Below are positions 61,713-64,000 of a stretch of 64,000 nucleotides of DNA, piece after piece. The stretch spans positions 620,001 to 684,000 of the forward strand of contig AP024664.1 of assembly GCA_024346625.1 (NCBI GenBank). Direction: 5' to 3'. The position numbers and the translations under genes are program-made. The notes beneath the pieces were generated by a model. That model did not search any database, was not told the DNA's origin, and saw only the letters and a list, made by a program, of their open reading frames with translations. The stretch comes from Williopsis jadinii (taxonomy: Eukaryota). Positions within the stretch are counted from its first letter, which is position 1. Each line of letters opens with the position of its first letter.

Positions 61713-63755
61713 TCAAAACCCATTAATCATCAACTCATCATCAGTCATTTCGTTATCATCATAAGCTTCGTCGATTAACTGCCCAACCCTGGTGTTCTTC
61801 AAGAAGTCCTTAACTGCGGTGGCAATGCCAGCCCCCATACCATCATTGTCAATGCTCGTATGTGTTTCTATGTTGGCACCAAAAGTTTCTAACTTCTTCC
61901 TACGGTCTTTCATAGCCCTGTTCACTCTTAGGAAATCAACATCATCATCATCCTCTTCATCATCTGACGAGTCTTCCATGTTGTTGATGTAACTGTCAAA
62001 ATTGCTCAAGAACTGCTGCGGAATTGTTAAAACACGGTCTTCATGCGTAGGGGATTCGTCTCCACTTGCAACGTTTTCAATGGCAAAGTTAGTACCCAAG
62101 AGATGGCTGCTGATGGGCAAGTTTCTGAGATTTCTCATCGGCAGTGCTTGTCTTAACCTATTTGTTGTTGTCGAGATATCACTCTCATAATCACTCTCCT
62201 CCGGTTTGACAAGTTTCTGTTGGACGGTGTTGTAGCTCTTGCAATTGTCACACTTCAGACCAAGGACATGGTATCGACATTGCGATTTCGCATTACAATC
62301 GTTACAAGTGATCACACATGTCCAATTGCAGTACGGTTCTGGTAATGGTTGTAGAGATATCTCCATGTCTAGAACTCTGAACTGTGCCTCCATATTCAAA
62401 ACAGTCTTTTGACACGATGGACACTTGTAGGAATGCTTTGAGTGCTCATCAAAACAACTTTGATGTATTGCATGTCCACATAACATGAAAACAACTGGTC
62501 TTGTAGATGTGAACATGTATTCTCCACATATTGGACAATCTGATTGAGTAGCACGTTCAATACACTTATGATCATCTTGCAATTCAATTGAGAGACAGGC
62601 ATTACAGCCTTGACAGTGGAAGAAGTCTTGACCAAGGCCTAGCCCTAACCGACAGATGCCACAGTCATCACAGTGGTAGATATCCTTTAACTCATCATCG
62701 TCATATAGCTTACATTTGTCACAGAAATAATGCGCAAACTGTACATCACAGGCTTCACAGAATTGCGATGGATGTTGAACAGTGGAGCAGTGCATACACA
62801 TGACATGTCTAGTCTTCTCCCTCTTGAATTTGTGAGTAGGCACCTGTTCATCGTGGCATTTGGGACACGTAAACCACTGCTTACAAGTAGGACACTCCAT
62901 CTTACAGTGTCGTTGATAGTGTGCGCACCCAAATGTCTCTTCATTATCATCGTGGAAAGTTGGTTCCTTATCATCCTCATTGATCAGCACAAGATCATCA
63001 TCATCGTGCTCATCGCCATCATCCGCATCATAGTGTTCAGACCCGACATCTTCACTCCTCTTGGAAGCAGTTTTCGTATTGATGTGGAATATTTCATCAC
63101 CGTTCTCATCCAAGAATTTCACTTTATCGTAATGAGCTCCCATCATCAATTTTTGAACAAGCCTGTTTTTAACCTCATCAGTAGCATCAAGTCCCCTAAT
63201 CTGCATAATCCGATCTCTCAGCAGGGTTTCGTCCTTCTTTTGACCTTCAGTTAACTTCGTCAGGTTATTGTCCTTGAGCGTATGCCTTCTCTTACGCCTT
63301 TTGGGTATCTTATCCTGCGGTATAATCACCTGGTCTAGCAAGTGAGTCTCCTTGGGCTCTGTAGCCTTATGAATCACATACGGCTCTGCCTCGGCCTGCT
63401 GCTCATCGTCGGTGGTATCAACGTTATTGGCTATTGCCTCATCGACCTGGCTCTCTAGTATCGTTCTTATGGTCTGAAACCTATCCAGCGCGCTCTGCAA
63501 AGAGAATCCACTCTTCAAATCGTCGATAAGGTTGGCCAGCTGTTCACGTCTTGACAACGTTTCGAGAGCAACGTCCGGCTCCTTGCGTGAGGTTGGCCAT
63601 GAGAAGGATGGCATCCTCAACATTGCAAAAGAGCCAATGCCGTTCAGCTGTTGATCCAAGGAGTTGACTGAGTCAGACTCGGACCCAGAATCCAGGTCCG
63701 CCTCTGAGCCACTCAGATACGCGTCGTCATCGGTCTGTACGTCCATAACGGCCAT
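61713..63755 (-). CDS. CHY zinc finger/CTCHY/RING-H2/zinc-ribbon E3 ligase (Pirh2/RCHY1 family)
   Basis: GCAHYQRHCKMECPTC, YFCDKCKLYDDD, IYHCDDCGICRLG, CPICGEYMFTS...CGHAIH...YKCPSC, CNDC...YHVLGLKCDNCKSYNT. Confidence 0.92.
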   Translation of the reverse strand: MAVMDVQTDDDAYLSGSEADLDSGSESDSVNSLDQQLNGIGSFAMLRMPSFSWPTSRKEPDVALETLSRREQLANLIDDLKSGFSLQSALDRFQTIRTILESQVDEAIANNVDTTDDEQQAEAEPYVIHKATEPKETHLLDQVIIPQDKIPKRRKRRHTLKDNNLTKLTEGQKKDETLLRDRIMQIRGLDATDEVKNRLVQKLMMGAHYDKVKFLDENGDEIFHINTKTASKRSEDVGSEHYDADDGDEHDDDDLVLINEDDKEPTFHDDNEETFGCAHYQRHCKMECPTCKQWFTCPKCHDEQVPTHKFKREKTRHVMCMHCSTVQHPSQFCEACDVQFAHYFCDKCKLYDDDELKDIYHCDDCGICRLGLGLGQDFFHCQGCNACLSIELQDDHKCIERATQSDCPICGEYMFTSTRPVVFMLCGHAIHQSCFDEHSKHSYKCPSCQKTVLNMEAQFRVLDMEISLQPLPEPYCNWTCVITCNDCNAKSQCRYHVLGLKCDNCKSYNTVQQKLVKPEESDYESDISTTTNRLRQALPMRNLRNLPISSHLLGTNFAIENVASGDESPTHEDRVLTIPQQFLSNFDSYINNMEDSSDDEEDDDDVDFLRVNRAMKDRRKKLETFGANIETHTSIDNDGMGAGIATAVKDFLKNTRVGQLIDEAYDDNEMTDDELMINGF

Positions 63756-64000
63756 CCTTCAATGCGAACACCGCGCTGTAGACGACTATCAGAGAGTAAA
63801 CAAATGGTCAAATCACCCAATATGAACTGGGCCTGGGTAGCGGATATTGAAACGTGCGCTGAAATCCGAGGGCGAGATGGCCTCGGATCTCTCTCGTATG
63901 GCAGCCAGAGCAGTGCTCAGCAGGGGCCATTGGGTGTTCAGAGAGGGCTACAGTGTATTGATGGTGAGTTCATTGATAGTCAGGATGCTACGTGTAAGCT

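Noticed and set aside
63804..64000. Plus-strand frame open from ATG 63804 to the window end, with an 8-bp hairpin at 63864-63888
   Set aside because: Only 48 bp from the divergent Pirh2-like start and no recognisable protein; cannot be judged without downstream sequence

Overview
Gene-dense budding-yeast (Saccharomycotina) chromosomal DNA using the standard code (CTG aligns to conserved Leu). It has many short spliceosomal introns and looks like a pre-WGD, non-CTG-clade yeast, possibly Phaffomycetaceae (inference). It holds about 33 protein genes and one tRNA-Val(AAC), in largely ancestral synteny blocks: NPR1-PBR1-IPI3-SNRNP27-NOP6-RHO5-GPI wall protein-RPS3-SHR3; mitochondrial carrier-ESC1-like-TRS130-HEM4; SLR1-like SR protein; MGA2/SPT23-MAK11-LYS1-CDC16-SKA1-position gene-URA6-IRC24-like-PAN3; GPA1-SOV1-peroxisomal SDR-NEM1; kinesin-1/SMY1-VMA5-RRP14-Pirh2-like. 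Several spliced gene models missing from the ORF track were rebuilt by hand. Most notable: the PAN3 N-terminal zinc finger appears decayed and cut off by an in-frame TGA, leaving a spliced uORF; the SR-protein gene has a long intron with a weak branch point and cryptic poison acceptors; an orphan combines D-box, KEN and Myb/SANT-like features next to the tRNA; URA6 carries a presequence plus TM segment; and an accessory region at 43-48 kb holds an F-box/LRR-like gene, an AT-rich island and an orphan. No transposon or CRISPR was seen. All gene names rest on motif recognition and recalled synteny, not database searches.
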